This document shows positions 1-11,899 of a DNA stretch of 64,000 bases, in pieces. A program made the translations under genes and the position numbers. How positions within the stretch are numbered: position 1 is the first letter of the stretch; each line of letters starts with the position of its first letter. The notes under the pieces are model-generated. The model was not told the origin of the DNA and did no database searches. It saw only the letters and a program-made list of their open reading frames with translations. This stretch comes from Blastocladiella emersonii ATCC 22665 (Eukaryota; Fungi; Blastocladiomycota), in NCBI GenBank assembly GCA_025594325.1, contig JANHCV010000004.1:310001-374000 (forward strand), in the 5' to 3' direction.

Positions 1-1
1 G

Positions 2-468
2 GCCCAAGCACATCCAGTTCCACGGCACGATTTGGCACTTGGGTTTGACAAAGTAGCATCTGCCCCGCCCATCAGCGTTTGGGCCAAGATTGACGGCGCC
101 CAGGGAAAACCTCGATTCCCTGGACTTTTAGATTCGTGGCCTGACAACGTGGTTCCGCTCCCGCTCGAAAGCGAGTAGTTCAAGTTTGACCTGATCAACT
201 GCACGCGGCCGATCGGGACTCTCAAGAAAAATCAGCTTCCACCAGGAGTTCAAACCGTTGGCATCCAGCAGTCCCCAATTGTGCCTGCATACGCGCTCAC
301 CTGGCACGGAGTGCAGGGCCAGACGCGCACCAAGGTCATCATCACCTGTGATCTTATGCCGATTTGGATGCCTGTTGACTGACACGCGCTTTACGTCGCG
401 TTTTCTCGTGTCACGACACTTTGCGGCATCAACCTCCTGACAAGTCTCACCGACGCGCACCACGCCTA
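2..468 (+). pseudogene. Decayed PIF1-family (Helitron-type) SF1 helicase, C-terminal part
   Basis: Frame 2 reads ...PDNVVPLP...QQSPIVPAYALTWHGVQGQTRTKVII...HALYVAFSRVTTLCGINLL. This matches PIF1 motifs QxPLxxAYAxTxHKxQGQT and LYVAxSRV. The frame is interrupted by in-frame stops (TAG 176-178, TGA ~380, TAG ~466) and runs off the left edge. Confidence 0.8.
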
Positions 469-714
469 GTTCTGCTGTCCAAATGACGAAGCGCACGCTG
501 AAGATCAACGACGCAAGGACGTGTCAGCCGCGATCATGACGGCCATCAACAGTGACGCGTCTGGTACAGACTTCTTACTCTTTTTGCTCGCTGTGATCTC
601 CTCTTGCGCGTTTTATAGCAACAGACGCGAAACTCATTCGCGCTCACGCGGCACCATTACCAATAAACGCCGCCGCACATTTATCATTCATCATTCATCA
701 ACGCGTGATTCGAG

Positions 715-917
715 GTGGGTTGAGTTGAGGTGGAGTGAGTTGAGTTGGGTTTAGTTGAGTTGGGTTGGGTGGGGTTGGGTGGGGTGGGGAGGGGGTGGGG
801 AGGTGTGGGGGGAGGTGTGGGGGGAGGTGTGGGGGGAGGTGTGGGGGGAGGTGTGGGGGGAGGTGTGGGGGGAGGTGTGGGGGGAGGTGTGGGGGGAGGT
901 GTGGGGGGAGGTGTGGG
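715..917 (+). repeat. G-rich minisatellite: 10 x AGGTGTGGGGGG preceded by degenerate GAGTT/GGGTT/GGGGT pentamers
   Basis: AGGTGT recurs with exact 12-nt spacing at 801, 813 ... 909; the pentamer tract occupies 715-800. Confidence 0.95.
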
Positions 918-1571
918 ATTGAAAGCCCAGCACAGAGGGGAGCAGTTCCTAACGCTTCTGGTCGCCCAAGCTTATTGCGCCATTCTTTCGGCCCTGCGCG
1001 CTGTCAGCTCTTACAGATACTGGCACTGAAATTAAACACAAGCACCTGAACGCGCTGCTCAAAGACGAGATGATTGATCCAAGTCATGATTGAACGTGTG
1101 ATGCAGGCCACAAACGCCACTGCCGAGTTGGGTGGGCGCAGTCGAGTCTAGACAGCAATTTGCGACCCAGGAACTGCCACGGTTCGGCATCCTACAGGAA
1201 CGCGCGCAGGGATCATGCCAAGCGCACAAGTAAGGGGGTAAGCGCGTCACACCACTGCGCCAATGTGGCGCAACCAGAAAGAAATCAAACTATGTCGTGA
1301 ATGCAGAGCCCAAGCCGGCGAATGTGTTTCGCAGCGGTCGTTGTGCTCTACGCGTCGTCCAACAAGCTTTGCGCTGTGGTATGCCCAGGTGGCAACTTTT
1401 TGACTGTAAGCGGATACACTACACAACAGAGAGCTGCCGGTAGTAACTTTAGGATTGCGGTGAAGAGACGAGCTGTATTGCCCTGCGTTGGCAGCAACCG
1501 CTATGCTGGACTCTAGCCGTAGTCCTTTATATTACGTTTGGAGCCCGAAGGGATGTGCAGCAGCACTAAAA

Positions 1572-1644
1572 GGGCATATAGCGGAGTGGATACCGCGTCA
1601 GTTTCCGGCACTGAAGGACCCAGGTTCGAACCCTGGTATGCTCG
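1572..1644 (+). tRNA. tRNA-Arg(CCG)
   Basis: Acceptor GGGCATA/TATGCTC, anticodon arm TCAGT-TTCCGGC-ACTGA, T-loop GGTTCGAACC, 73 nt, followed by a T6 Pol III terminator. Confidence 0.93.
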
Positions 1645-1702
1645 CTTTTTTGCCCTGGAGCATTTTGTTTGTTCCGGTTCAACGCGTCGAAATCGAATTG
1701 AT

Positions 1703-3645
1703 GGTTCTCAGCAGTATAGGTAGGCTGAGTTAATGTCGAGCTTAATCTAAATTCGGCTATCAATGAGCTCAAATTCCCATGACGCTCCAGATCCAACTTC
1801 TCTGGCTTTGACTTAAGCTCCAACATCCAACCTCCAACCTCCAATCTTCGTTTCTCTGACTCCAACTCCGACTCTCTGAATCCCCGCATTGGCCTCAGCT
1901 CAACCTAAAATGAGTTCTCATATTGTAGTGTAAGTCTCCCGTCTGAACTGCCAATTGTGAGGTGAGTAACCAGCTGTAGCAGGAGATGCTTGTCAAGTCC
2001 CAAGGGGGATCGACCAGGTCTAGGTGCTGAGCGGCAGCGAGGCGAGGAACAAGTAGTCAGGGTTGTGTATTCCTGCCTTCGGCCCCGAAGCAGGGCTGGG
2101 TGAGGGGAGAGAGGATGACAAAGCGGGGAGCGGCGACGCGGGAGCGCAGTGGGCCAGCGAGACGGTTGCGGGCGTAAACACGCAAGATCAGGTGGACGAT
2201 CACCACGATCGTCAGCACATCAACGACGCGTAACAATGCTGGCTGGTTACTCACTGCTTTTGCCTGCTGCTGTGCCACCCGCTCGCGCAACCTGTTGTGC
2301 CACAACAACTCCGACTCCAGCTTTATTGCTTGCGCCAGCCACTTCAACCACTCCGTCTCTATATTTTTGTCAGATACTAGGGGTGTGTACGTTGCATACT
2401 TTGTCCCAGCAGTAGGTGAGTAGGCTGGGCGAGTCAGTGGTCCGGCTAGAACGTCAGATAGGCAAGGCCGGCGGTGATCTTCTCAGAAGTAATGCCTTGA
2501 ACCACCATCTTTGTCAACGTTTACGCGAGCTCGTGTCGAATTGGAGGCCCATACTCTTTCAAGGAGGTCCGGAAGAACTTGCACTTGTACTAGAACAGAG
2601 AGAGACCAAGGCAACACCCGTGTTTATTGGCGGCCATCGCCTTACATGCGTTGTGCACCAAGTTCTGTGCCGTAATCGGGACCTCAGCACTTGAGTTGTT
2701 GAGCTTCTCCAAATCCTGAAGGGGAAGGGCGCTCGCTCGTCTGGAGTGGATGTACTCGACACCGCGTTCCAAGACGTTGCAGTTGTGGAGATGTTTGAGG
2801 ACGTCGTGCGAATGACAAATTTGAATCCAGTGCGACTCATCAATCGCGACCAGCGCTGGCGTCAGTCTGAACGTAACCAAGAGTTGATTATTCCTTGAAA
2901 ATTGACCGATTTATCGGTTTCTGCTATCGTAGAGGTATTGTCGACCAGTCCAGTCGCTGTGGGCGCGCGGATGAGCTCAACACATTTGAGGACGAGGTCT
3001 TGTCAGTTTGGAGACCACGCGTCCGTCTCGCGACGGCTACTGTGTCCCACGACTCGCACAGCTAGCCCTCCAAAATGTCGATTTCATTTTCAGACCTATT
3101 CGAAGTCAATGCATGGAGTTGGAGAGTCTAACCTGCAGTCCCAGACGTAGAACGGGCGAAGGAGGTCGGAGGTTGGAGCTGTGGTCAGTGACGCGTCTCC
3201 CACTGCTGCGCCACCCGACCAAGCCACCCCCTGTGCCACCACCGCACAGTCCGGAGCTTCGTCGAGCTGTGTGGGTGCTCGAATGTGCTAACACGTCCAA
3301 GCTGCAGCTTCAATTGGCCGAGTTGTAGCTTAGAGGGTTGGAGAGTTGGACAGGTCGAATGTATGAGGCCATTGAGACCGCAAGTTGGAGTACCAGTGCA
3401 CAGCTGCTGTGGGTGGTCGTAGCGAGGCGGTAATAGTATCGGAATTTTTACTAGACCGAGTCGAAACCATTGCGGGAAGTCATAACGTTGGACCAATTGC
3501 TGAAGTCAGAGAACTCGAGGTCTGAGGTCAGAGCTCAGAGTCGGAGCTGAAGGAGCTAGAGGTCACGGGAAGTTGAGCTCATTGATAGCCCAGCTTCAAG
3601 CCGAATTCAGCTCGGGAGAAACTCAGCCTACTGCTGAGAATCAGC
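1703..3645. mobile_element. Putative non-autonomous TIR element: diverged inverted repeats 1703-1790 / 3555-3643 enclosing a decayed ORF
   Basis: TTCTCAGCAG..TAGGCTGAGTT..GGCTATCAATGAGCTCAA.TTCCC.TGAC at ~1705-1785 is present reverse-complemented at ~3560-3642. The interior minus-strand frame (2590-2880 and beyond) has multiple stops. Confidence 0.5.
2055..2235 (+). repeat. ~185 bp dispersed repeat, copy A (inverted relative to 11900-12090)
   Basis: TAGTCAGGGTTGTGTATTCCTGCC..GGCCCCGAA.CAGGGCTGGGTGAGGG.AGAGAGGATGACAAA matches the reverse complement of ~12020-12089 nearly exactly. Weaker similarity extends to ACGACGCGTAACA. Confidence 0.9.
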
Positions 3646-4739
3646 TCCATTTGGGCCCCAAGTCCTGTTCAATGTTGAAGCTCAGCTATTGTTGAAGCTC
3701 CTCCGTTCCAATCAATCCTTGTGACTGGTCATATGCAAGCTAAAGTGTTGCTGCAACTCATTAAAAAATAAAATATGATCTGATGCAGGTTGAAGGCGAG
3801 CAGCAGAGGACGAAGCAAACGTTGGGGCGCAACAATGGCCAGTGTTAGGATTTGGGGTCCAGTCCTGACCTCAGCTGGCCTGTGTCGCAGCCCGCGTGAG
3901 ACAGCCGCGTTACCACACGTCCCTTGCACGGCCGCATGAGGCCCCGAGCCAGGACGCGTGTCGCGTCTCTCACCGCCCGCGGCGCGCACCAACGCGTCTG
4001 CCAGCGCGCCCCGCTGTACATAGCCCAGCGGGCCCCCCGCTAGCAAGGAGGGGACTTTGAAGAGTCATCGTTGAGCTGTGATCCCTGTCTCAACAGCCCA
4101 CAATCAGCGAAACCCAAACCAACGCCAGCATTGGTTGCAATTGGTGGTTCGCTTTTGGTTTGGTTGTCTTCCTCGTCCAGCAGATACTGTAGTCGGGCGG
4201 CGCGGATTTCAAGAACATTTTCAAGGGTCCGCGCAACTGCAACTGCAACCGCTCGCGTGGCGTGGCCAAATAGATCCGCTTGCATCAAGCCAAGGTCATA
4301 CTGGGCCAGCATCTAGCAGCTCGAATCTAGCAGCTCGACAATTTGACTAAAAAAAACGTTCCCATCATGGCGCAGAACTTGATGCGCGACGCGTGAAACA
4401 CAATGGCCGTTGCAAAACACGCGCGTCGCCTCAGGCTCCAACCTGACGGGATCATTTATTTCGGATGCGTTGGTCTTGTCTGCAAGCCCTTTGTAACAGG
4501 ACCACTACTATGGCGACAGTGTGTTGTCAAGAGCAGCGGGTTAGAGCAACAGCGGTTGATGCGTGCTCAACTTTGCAATACTCCTCCCATCAACCAAGGC
4601 CAACCACATCCCATCAACTCTCACTCAAACGCGTGTGTTTGCGGTTGTTCTTTCAGCCAGCATCAGGAAACCGGGAGGAGCTAGCTTGGGGCCTGCTAGT
4701 TTTGGCTTGCGCTGGATGACACGTCAGCTGAGGTCCCGT

Positions 4740-5100
4740 TTAGCCAACGTCAGGGACTTTTGCTGTCTGACTCAAGCTGGGTCTAGCTCACTCGTCATTA
4801 GCCAGCGATAGCTGACAGCTAGACAGGGATATCCAGCGCTAGCCAAGGTTTCTGAGCTGGCAATCAGCGAACGTTGGACAGCTGATAGCTGATGGCGAGC
4901 TAGCGACTCGCTAATGTTTTGCTAACAAGAGCTAGCTGAGCGGAAGGCTGGCTTCTCCGCCAGCGGCAGGCCTGATCGCTGGGCTGATCGCCAGCTAACC
5001 GCAGCTCGGCGCAGCCCAAGTCAGCTAGCGCTTGCCCCGACCGAGCTAAAACTGCTTGCATTTAGCTTGATCGTCGCTCAAACAAGCTCATTCAAGCAGT
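4740..5100. repeat. AGCT/GCTAGC-motif-rich degenerate repeat tract
   Basis: Dense AGCT, GCTAG and CTGA words; shares CTGACTCAAG, GGGTCTAGCT and CAGCTAGAC..AGGGATA with 6915-7050. Confidence 0.55.
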
Positions 5101-6914
5101 CGATGAAGTAAACGCGAGACAAAGATAGGAGAATGTAGCTCGAGCGGCCCATGTATTAGACATGGCCACTGCAATCAGACGCTCGCGTCAGCCAGCACGC
5201 AGGTGCCGCCGCGCCTCATTGCTTGCCGAGCGGGTCCATGAGGCCACGGATCTGCTTGGCCTTGTCCGCATTTGCGGTCAGCTTGGGGATCAGGGCCTTG
5301 CGCGCTTGACCGTCTGGTTCTCCTGCCTGTGCCTCTAGTTGGGCGAGTAGTGTCAGTACATGGCCGCAGTCAACAATTGGCAGGAGACGCGTACCTTGGG
5401 TACGAAATTGGTATTACGCGAGGAGCAGCGTCTGGACACATACGCGGTCAAGTGAGTTGCATTGCGCGTCAAGGCGCGCAAGTTGAGGGCGTACTGTGTT
5501 GCTGCCGTGTGCGCAGCTGTAGCAAAGGCGTTCCTGGTGGTCCGTCAAGAGGCGGTGGGACGCATGGCACGTAAGGACCGCAGTCTATCAAGATGGCGAA
5601 TGAGAGGAGGCAAGTCAGAGCCGCGTCAGCTGTGGAACCAAGTTGAGCAAACGTACCTGAGACGTGGGCGTGAGCCGCGTGGTGGCCACAAGCGGACCGC
5701 CTGAGCTAGTCCACCACCGCTCTCTACAGTTGTGCGCGGTGAGGCCAAGGCACGCGGTGCTGACGCGCAGCGGAATGCGTACCGTGATGCGTGCAGCAAG
5801 CTCAATGGCCAGGGTATCTGTGAGTCAAAAGGCTCAAGACCACTGACTTGGACGCGCGCACGCGGCTGGCTACACAAGCGCCGCCCAGTCATTAGTCATT
5901 AGTTCCACTGGTTCACGCGCGCGCGGTTGACGCCGCAGCGGGTGCGTTGCCTCGCGCTGCACTGTGCCCTGTTGCTGCAGGATAGCATGCAGGTGGAGCC
6001 AGCGCACGACAGCGCGCCGCGCGCGCGTGAGACACGCGCACCCACGGCAACAACACAATGGTGGCAAGATAGCACCCATGGCGCCATGACGGCGGGACGG
6101 CTCACGCATTGCAGTACGGTGGCAAGCGTTGCCAGCGGCAGCGTGCCAGGCTTGCGCCGCAACGTTGGGCGTGTCTGGAGCCAAGCTTGGCGACGGCAAG
6201 GATGGCGTAGCAAGGGGGCAGCGGTGACGGTGGCCGGCGAGAGTGCTGTGCTGCAAGGGTATCAAGTACTTCATTGCGGGGTGGACGCATTGAGAGAGCG
6301 GGAGCGGGAAGCGACCGCCGCGCGAAGACAAATCCCTCAGCTCCCAAACGCGCGTGCCAAAGGCTGCCAAGTCACCAGCCCAGCTACTTCATGTGCGGAT
6401 GACCCCCACGTGTTTTTGCAACGCGTCTCGCGGCCCGTCTCGCAGTCAGCCGAGCTGCAACTCCCTGACGCTAACCTTGCGCAGCTCAGTGAGTGGGCAG
6501 CACCATTGGCAGCAAAGCATGGGGAACAAGGAGAGCAGAATTACAGCAAAGTCAGCCTCGCGGTCTCAACAGCAGGCGCGCGAGCTTACTCACTCCTCGC
6601 CGCCTGGGTAGAGTGAGTGGTCGGCCTCAGCATTACTCTCATGCTGGGCCAACTTGTTGCAGTGGTTGAAGATGTCGCCACTTGCTGGCCCCTGCAACAC
6701 GTCATTGTCCGCAACGTCGCCCGCCATGTTGTCCTCAAGCCGGTGCTGAGAGGCTGGTCGTCGTTGCAAGATCCAAGAAAGGGGCACTTGATATGACATA
6801 ATTCCTTGTTGGCACAGAGCGGGTGAGGCAAGCACGAGCGGGCGCGTCATTGCGGTGTCATCTTCATCACCACGCTCTGTTACAGCATTGCCTTGCCAGT
6901 ATATTCCGCGACTG

Positions 6915-7050
6915 TCGCGCTAGAGGTTAGCCAAGGAAAGCCTGACTCAAGGTGAGGTCAGCTAGACCCAAGGGATAGCTAACTCAGCCCTTGAATCAGC
7001 CTGGGTCCACCTAGCCTCCACCCATTAGCTGAATCCTCCCGGATTCCTGA
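6915..7050. repeat. AGCT-rich tract related to 4740-5100
   Basis: TTAGCCAAGG, CTGACTCAAG and AGCTAGACCC (reverse complement of GGGTCTAGCT) are shared with the 4740-5100 tract. Confidence 0.5.
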
Positions 7051-7153
7051 TGCCTGGACGCAGCGCTCCACCTCTTCCTACTTGCTTGCGCTGTCCCAAG
7101 AAATCATTTGAGGTTTTACGCTATCAACTCTTTTGTGGGACCGGATGGACATC

Positions 7154-7225
7154 AGCGTCTTGGCGCAGAGGAAGCGCGCAGGGCTCATAACCCTGAGGTC
7201 GTAGGATCGAAACCTACAGACGCTA
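7154..7225 (+). tRNA. Initiator tRNA-Met(CAT)
   Basis: A1-U72 pair (AGCGTCT/AGACGCT), three G-C pairs in the anticodon stem (CAGGG-CTCATAA-CCCTG), initiator T-loop GGATCGAAA, long T-run terminator. Confidence 0.96.
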
Positions 7226-7274
7226 ATTTTTTTTTTTTCCAACGCATGGTAAGTGTGACGGAAGAAAAAAAAGG

Positions 7275-7346
7275 TGTCATCTCCCAGAATCGAACTGGGG
7301 TCGCCACGGCCACAACGTGGAGTACTAACCACTATACTAAGATGAC
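7275..7346 (-). tRNA. tRNA-His(GTG)
   Basis: Reverse complement GTCATCTTAGTATAGTGGTTAGTACTCCACG-TTGTGGC-CGTGGCGACCCCAGTTCGATTCTGGGAGATGACA; T-run terminator at 7264-7272. Confidence 0.95.
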
Positions 7347-9626
7347 TTGCTTGCTAGCCTATACTACAGGTTTTAATTCTGAAACTAGTTTGAAGAACTT
7401 CATAGTGGACAGCTCCCAGAACACGCTTGGCAGAATAGAGACCAAGGAGACTCATCTATTCGACGTTTGATCCATGCAACGGACACCTCAAGGCGGCATT
7501 CAAAAAGATATTTGCACACACAACACACGCATGAGGATTAATTACATTGGCCGTATCTTGGAACACAATCATCAACCTCTTCCCGCTTGACAATCAATCT
7601 GCTCAACCGTTCGTTTAGCAGTAGCACAACGACCCAGCGGTAGCGCGTTTGCATCCAGCAGCAGGGCCATGGCCCCGTGTGCATACTGATGCACATGCAC
7701 AGCGTGCGCAACCTGCCATGGCCCCTGAGCAGCACTTGCACGCAACGGGGGTGGCTGGGAACAGCACAGACTTGGAGGCCAATGCTGGCAATGGCATTGA
7801 GCAGCACACGCCAGCAGTACTGGTGGTGGCAGCGCGCTTCCCCTTGGCAGGTGGTGGCAGGGGGTGGCGGCAAGCGGGTGGTGGCACAGGTTGGCAAGAT
7901 ACTCTGGCGCTGCTCAATCTTGTTTATGGAGCGCAGCAGGACTGTGAAGCGGCACTCGTTCTTGCCAACGCGCGTGCACAGCTCCTTGTTCTTGATGGCA
8001 AGCGGAATGAGGGCCTTGGACATGGCAGCTGCCGCCTTGACAGTGGCAGGCAAGTCGCCACCCTCGAGGTCTGGAAGCAGGAATGCAAGTTGTGCCTGTT
8101 GCGCGCGTGAGTCTCAATTCGCAAGGCGCAGAGCTAGTTTTTGTCAATGCGTGTGCGTACCCTCAAAGATCAAGCAGAGGTGGTCAATCTGCTCTTGCAG
8201 CGCCTTGATTGGTGCAGACAAGTTGTCCAAGTGCAACATATTGGCAGTGTTCTCTATCCTGCTATCACACAACGTGGATGGGGGAGAAAGACCCAGCAAG
8301 GCCATCAGCACGCATATCTTGTACAAGCCAGCTGCTTGCTGCGCATGTCCAGCCTGTGGCAGCTGGAGGCAGCATGAAGCTTTAGCTTGGGCAAGCCAGC
8401 ACACGCGTAGGAACTGCAAGTGTGGATTGGTCGCGTGCATGCAACTGGACGCTGCTCTGCCATGGTACAGCGGGACGTTGCATGGTGTGTCATCAATACA
8501 TTACTTACCAGAGTGAGATGTGGGTGTGCAAGTCGAATCGCACCTGGCAGAAGCGACCAGCTCTAGTTCAAGTGCACACGCAACCGTGTGACCAGCCGCT
8601 GGCGCGTCGCGCCACTCACGTGCGCGCATGCAATCGATTGCATCATCCCCATCACGCTGCAGGCTGACTGCTGCACGCCAATCCGTCAACTCCACTGCTC
8701 ACCTTGGGTGGGTGTCTCCGCTCCTGTTCCTCTTGTATATTTTGCTAGTTGCTACTTTGCCTCAATAGACACCTAGTTCTTAGTTCCCTTCCTCCTGATC
8801 TATCTTGGCATCTCCCTCTTCAGCACCTTCTCCTCTCCCACTTGTTTGCGCACCGTAACCAACCTCCCCTGTGCCCAACGCTGTACGAGTCAACCATAAC
8901 TGCTCTTGGGGAGGCGCGGGGCGCACCCAGCCTTTATAGCGCGCAACAGGGGACGGCCGCTTTCACATGCCCTTCAAGCGAAAGCACCGCGCTGGCCGTT
9001 CCAGGCAAAATTGCTTGGTGCCACCACGTGCAGATGAGCGTCTCGCTTTGCCGCGTTGGGACGCATGCGCGATTTTCTTGCGCCGTGTTTCGCTGCTCAA
9101 CCTCGCTCAGCTGCAGGGTAGACAAATAAAATGAATGCGTGAGCGCAGGAACCTGCGGAAATCCTTGCGCACCATGTACAGAGAGTCCATGAAGGTTCTT
9201 GTGGACTTGCAGCAGTGAGCAGTCATACAGCCCTGATTTCTAATAGGTTCGCAGCCAACTTACGCAGAAGAGCCCCGCTGTTCACAAGTCCTGCATCAAA
9301 AGCGTAGAGCGCACCGCCTACTCCAGGAAATAGCCTGCAATGGAACTAGTCAAACAGTACCATCCATCTCACTGTCGCCGTGTACGGTTTTCTACTATCT
9401 CACCATGGTGCGAGACTGTGAGCTTGAGCACGGTCTAGTAGTGAGCCGTTGCGCAGCATCAGCAATCATCTAAACCAAAAGGCTGCTTTTCACTCTGTCC
9501 CGTTTGTACCGCACAGCGTGTTGACTATGGGACAAGCGTGGGCGGCCAAACTGGCCACAGAGGAGACGCGTAATGGCACTATTATTCATTTTCTATTTGT
9601 TTAGGCACTTGAACAGGCCCACACGC

Positions 9627-9950
9627 AGTTCAAGCGGACTCAACTGGGAGGAAGCTTGGCACAATGGACGCGCAATCTTGGCGGAGAAGAAGATTGAGGC
9701 GGTGAAGAGGTTCACGAGAGGACAACAGGCTGTATATGGTGGCTAATACTAGCAACTGGTCAAAGAAACAAGAGAGAGGGGATGCAGGGACGCGTTGCCC
9801 AATATGAGTGGGCCAACGCGTTGCTTGGTGAGGCGAGGCGGTCCGCGGCGATAACAAAGGAGATCGGCGCGGTGCGCGTGATTCGCGTGACGCGGGCGGG
9901 GTCGCACGCGTCCAGTGGCTGTGGCGCAACGCGATCACGTGCACTTCAAC
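9627..9950 (+). repeat. Dispersed repeat, copy 1 (direct copy at 25470-25895); possible solo LTR or TE terminus
   Basis: Long near-identical blocks, e.g. GGTGGCTAATACTAGCAACTGGTCAAAG and GATCGGCGCGGTGCGCGTGATTCGCGTGACGCGGGCGGGGTCGCACGCGTCCAGTGGCTGTGGCGCAACGCGATCACGTGCACTT, occur in both copies. Confidence 0.92.
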
Positions 9951-10565
9951 TCGCGCGTGGAATCCACGTATCTGCCCCACCACCACCCCCTTGAAGCAGG
10001 TTTATGGCGCAAGGGAGCAGTGCTGACACGCCGCTCGCGTCACGCAAGTCTATTGCCCCAAGCTCAGGGGTATCCTTGGTCCACCGCAACCTGATGAACA
10101 TGTTCTTGCTTGCAAACGAACAATCATGGATCACAGGTCCTCCCAGCGGTCCAGCGTGTGATTCGCCAACAACTTGACTTGCAGGTGACATCTTTCTGCT
10201 CCACATGGTGGTGACAGCAAGGAGGCTGGATAGCTGTGGCAACAGCAACCAAAGACAGGGTGAGACATGCCCTTGCACGCCAAACAAAGTCTCATACTGC
10301 CGCAGCTGGCTCAGAGGAGAAAACGCTTGGGCAGTAGGCAGCGGGGACGTTCACGGCCATGGTGCGCTTTGCAGTCATCACAAGCGGGGCAAGTTGAGAG
10401 GATCGCATCCATGGGGGAGTCGCTGTTGTCTTTGGTGATGCCAGTCGCTGTGTGGGGCTCGGTGAGGGTCTAGATCCGGCAGAGTGCGCGTCTAGGGTCG
10501 CCGGATGCCCCGAGGGGGACCGTCCGTGCAAAAACGAATAGGAAACATGCTCCGGGGAGCCAAAA

Positions 10566-10637
10566 TGAATCGTCCGGGGTTCGAACCCGACCCGCAGCCT
10601 TGGAAGGGCTGAATGCTGACCACTACACCAACGATCC
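10566..10637 (-). tRNA. tRNA-Gly(TCC)
   Basis: Reverse complement GGATCGTTGGTGTAGTGGTCAGCATTCAGCC-CTTCCAA-GGCTGCGGGTCGGGTTCGAACCCCGGACGATTCA folds as a canonical cloverleaf, followed by TTTT. Confidence 0.93.
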
Positions 10638-11899
10638 GATAATTTTTACCTGACAATTTTGACTATATACATGACCCCACAAGTCCAGGATCATGAAATG
10701 GCGCAGCCACCGACCTGTTTGGTCCGTCTTTCGACACTCCGGCCGCCGCGTGGCTCTGGCGCTACGATCGCGATGCCGCCTTTAACCACAGCTCCCCGCG
10801 CTAGGCGCGACCCTGTCTCTTCTTCCTCTTTGGTCCAACCAAGCGAAAATTGTCCTTGATACGTCGGTGCAACGAGAAGAGATACAGACGGGCTGGCATG
10901 GATCTGCTCGCCACTTGTCCACTTCAGCAAAGCAACCATGACTTGAAGTGCGACCCCATGACGTCAAACGCCACCTCGTGCAGGTATATAGAAGACAGCA
11001 GGCTACGTGCGAGCGTGGGCTCTACATGGGCTTGCACCGCCATCCTTCTCTCTTACATTCCACAATCAAATTGTTGGGATCAAGTTGCGTTCATCTCACT
11101 TTAACAAGCATATGCTCCCAACACTCCAAAGAGTTTTTATGCATATTCATAGTCATCAGATGACGCGTTACAAGGTTTTCCGCTGCAGTGCCAGATCGCC
11201 TGGCGCACAAGGTCCAAGTGCACGCTCACAGCCTTGCAATGGCACAGTGGTGCCAGCCAGTGGTGCCAGCTCCTTGGTCAAGGTACAACGCACGCCAAAC
11301 AAGCGATCAAAGACAACCCCTTCGAACCACACGAACGGTACGTACTCTCAGAGGCTGCTGCCGCTATACGATATTGCGGCTGCTGTGGTCAATGCGGCGC
11401 GGTTGGATGCCAAAAGCACAACTGCTACAACGTCCATGGCAACATGGCAATGGGCACTGGGTTGGCGACAGATATTCCCCACTCGCTTGCCGCGCCCAAG
11501 TGTCACTGGCGCAAAGGCAGCAGCAACTCACCTCTCGCTTACCCTTGTGGCTTGGATGTGCAGCACGGTTGTGCTGCGCAAGGTCGATCCAGGCGCGCTA
11601 ATTGATGCCCTCCCTCCTTTTCCCTTGTGAGCGCCGTTTTCTGGGCCGCAGATAATCCCTCATCTAAGTTAACAAGGACACCCAAACACCCCTACTGCCA
11701 CTGTCATAGCAACGCTGCCGCTACTACTCGCGCAGCTATGACCACTTGACACACGTTCTTGGCACCAAGCAACCGCTCTGATGGTAATTATTCAGTGTCT
11801 CCTTTTTTTTTTTGCGCGAACTGGTGGTAAAATGGGACCGGACCTGGTCCGACCCGCTAATCATTGGTTTGGTGAGATGAGGCGAGACGAGGCGAAGTG

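Noticed and set aside
781-917. True telomere
   Set aside because: It is internal with complex sequence on both sides, and the species telomere unit is unknown to me.
1255-1271. Helitron 3' terminal hairpin (TGCGCCA-ATG-TGGCGCA)
   Set aside because: No CTRR terminus at the expected distance downstream.
2055-2235. U3 snoRNA or telomerase RNA
   Set aside because: Only isolated words (GGATGA, CAACCCTGAC); no full set of boxes or supporting structure could be verified.
2590-2880. Protein kinase fragment (GVEYIHS..QDL)
   Set aside because: Only a vague resemblance, with no HRD, DFG or other kinase motifs; left as a decayed ORF.
3729-11630. Intact protein-coding genes among the short ORFs in this interval
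   Set aside because: They lack host codon bias, are Cys/His/Gln-skewed as expected from C>T decay, and show no recognisable domains.
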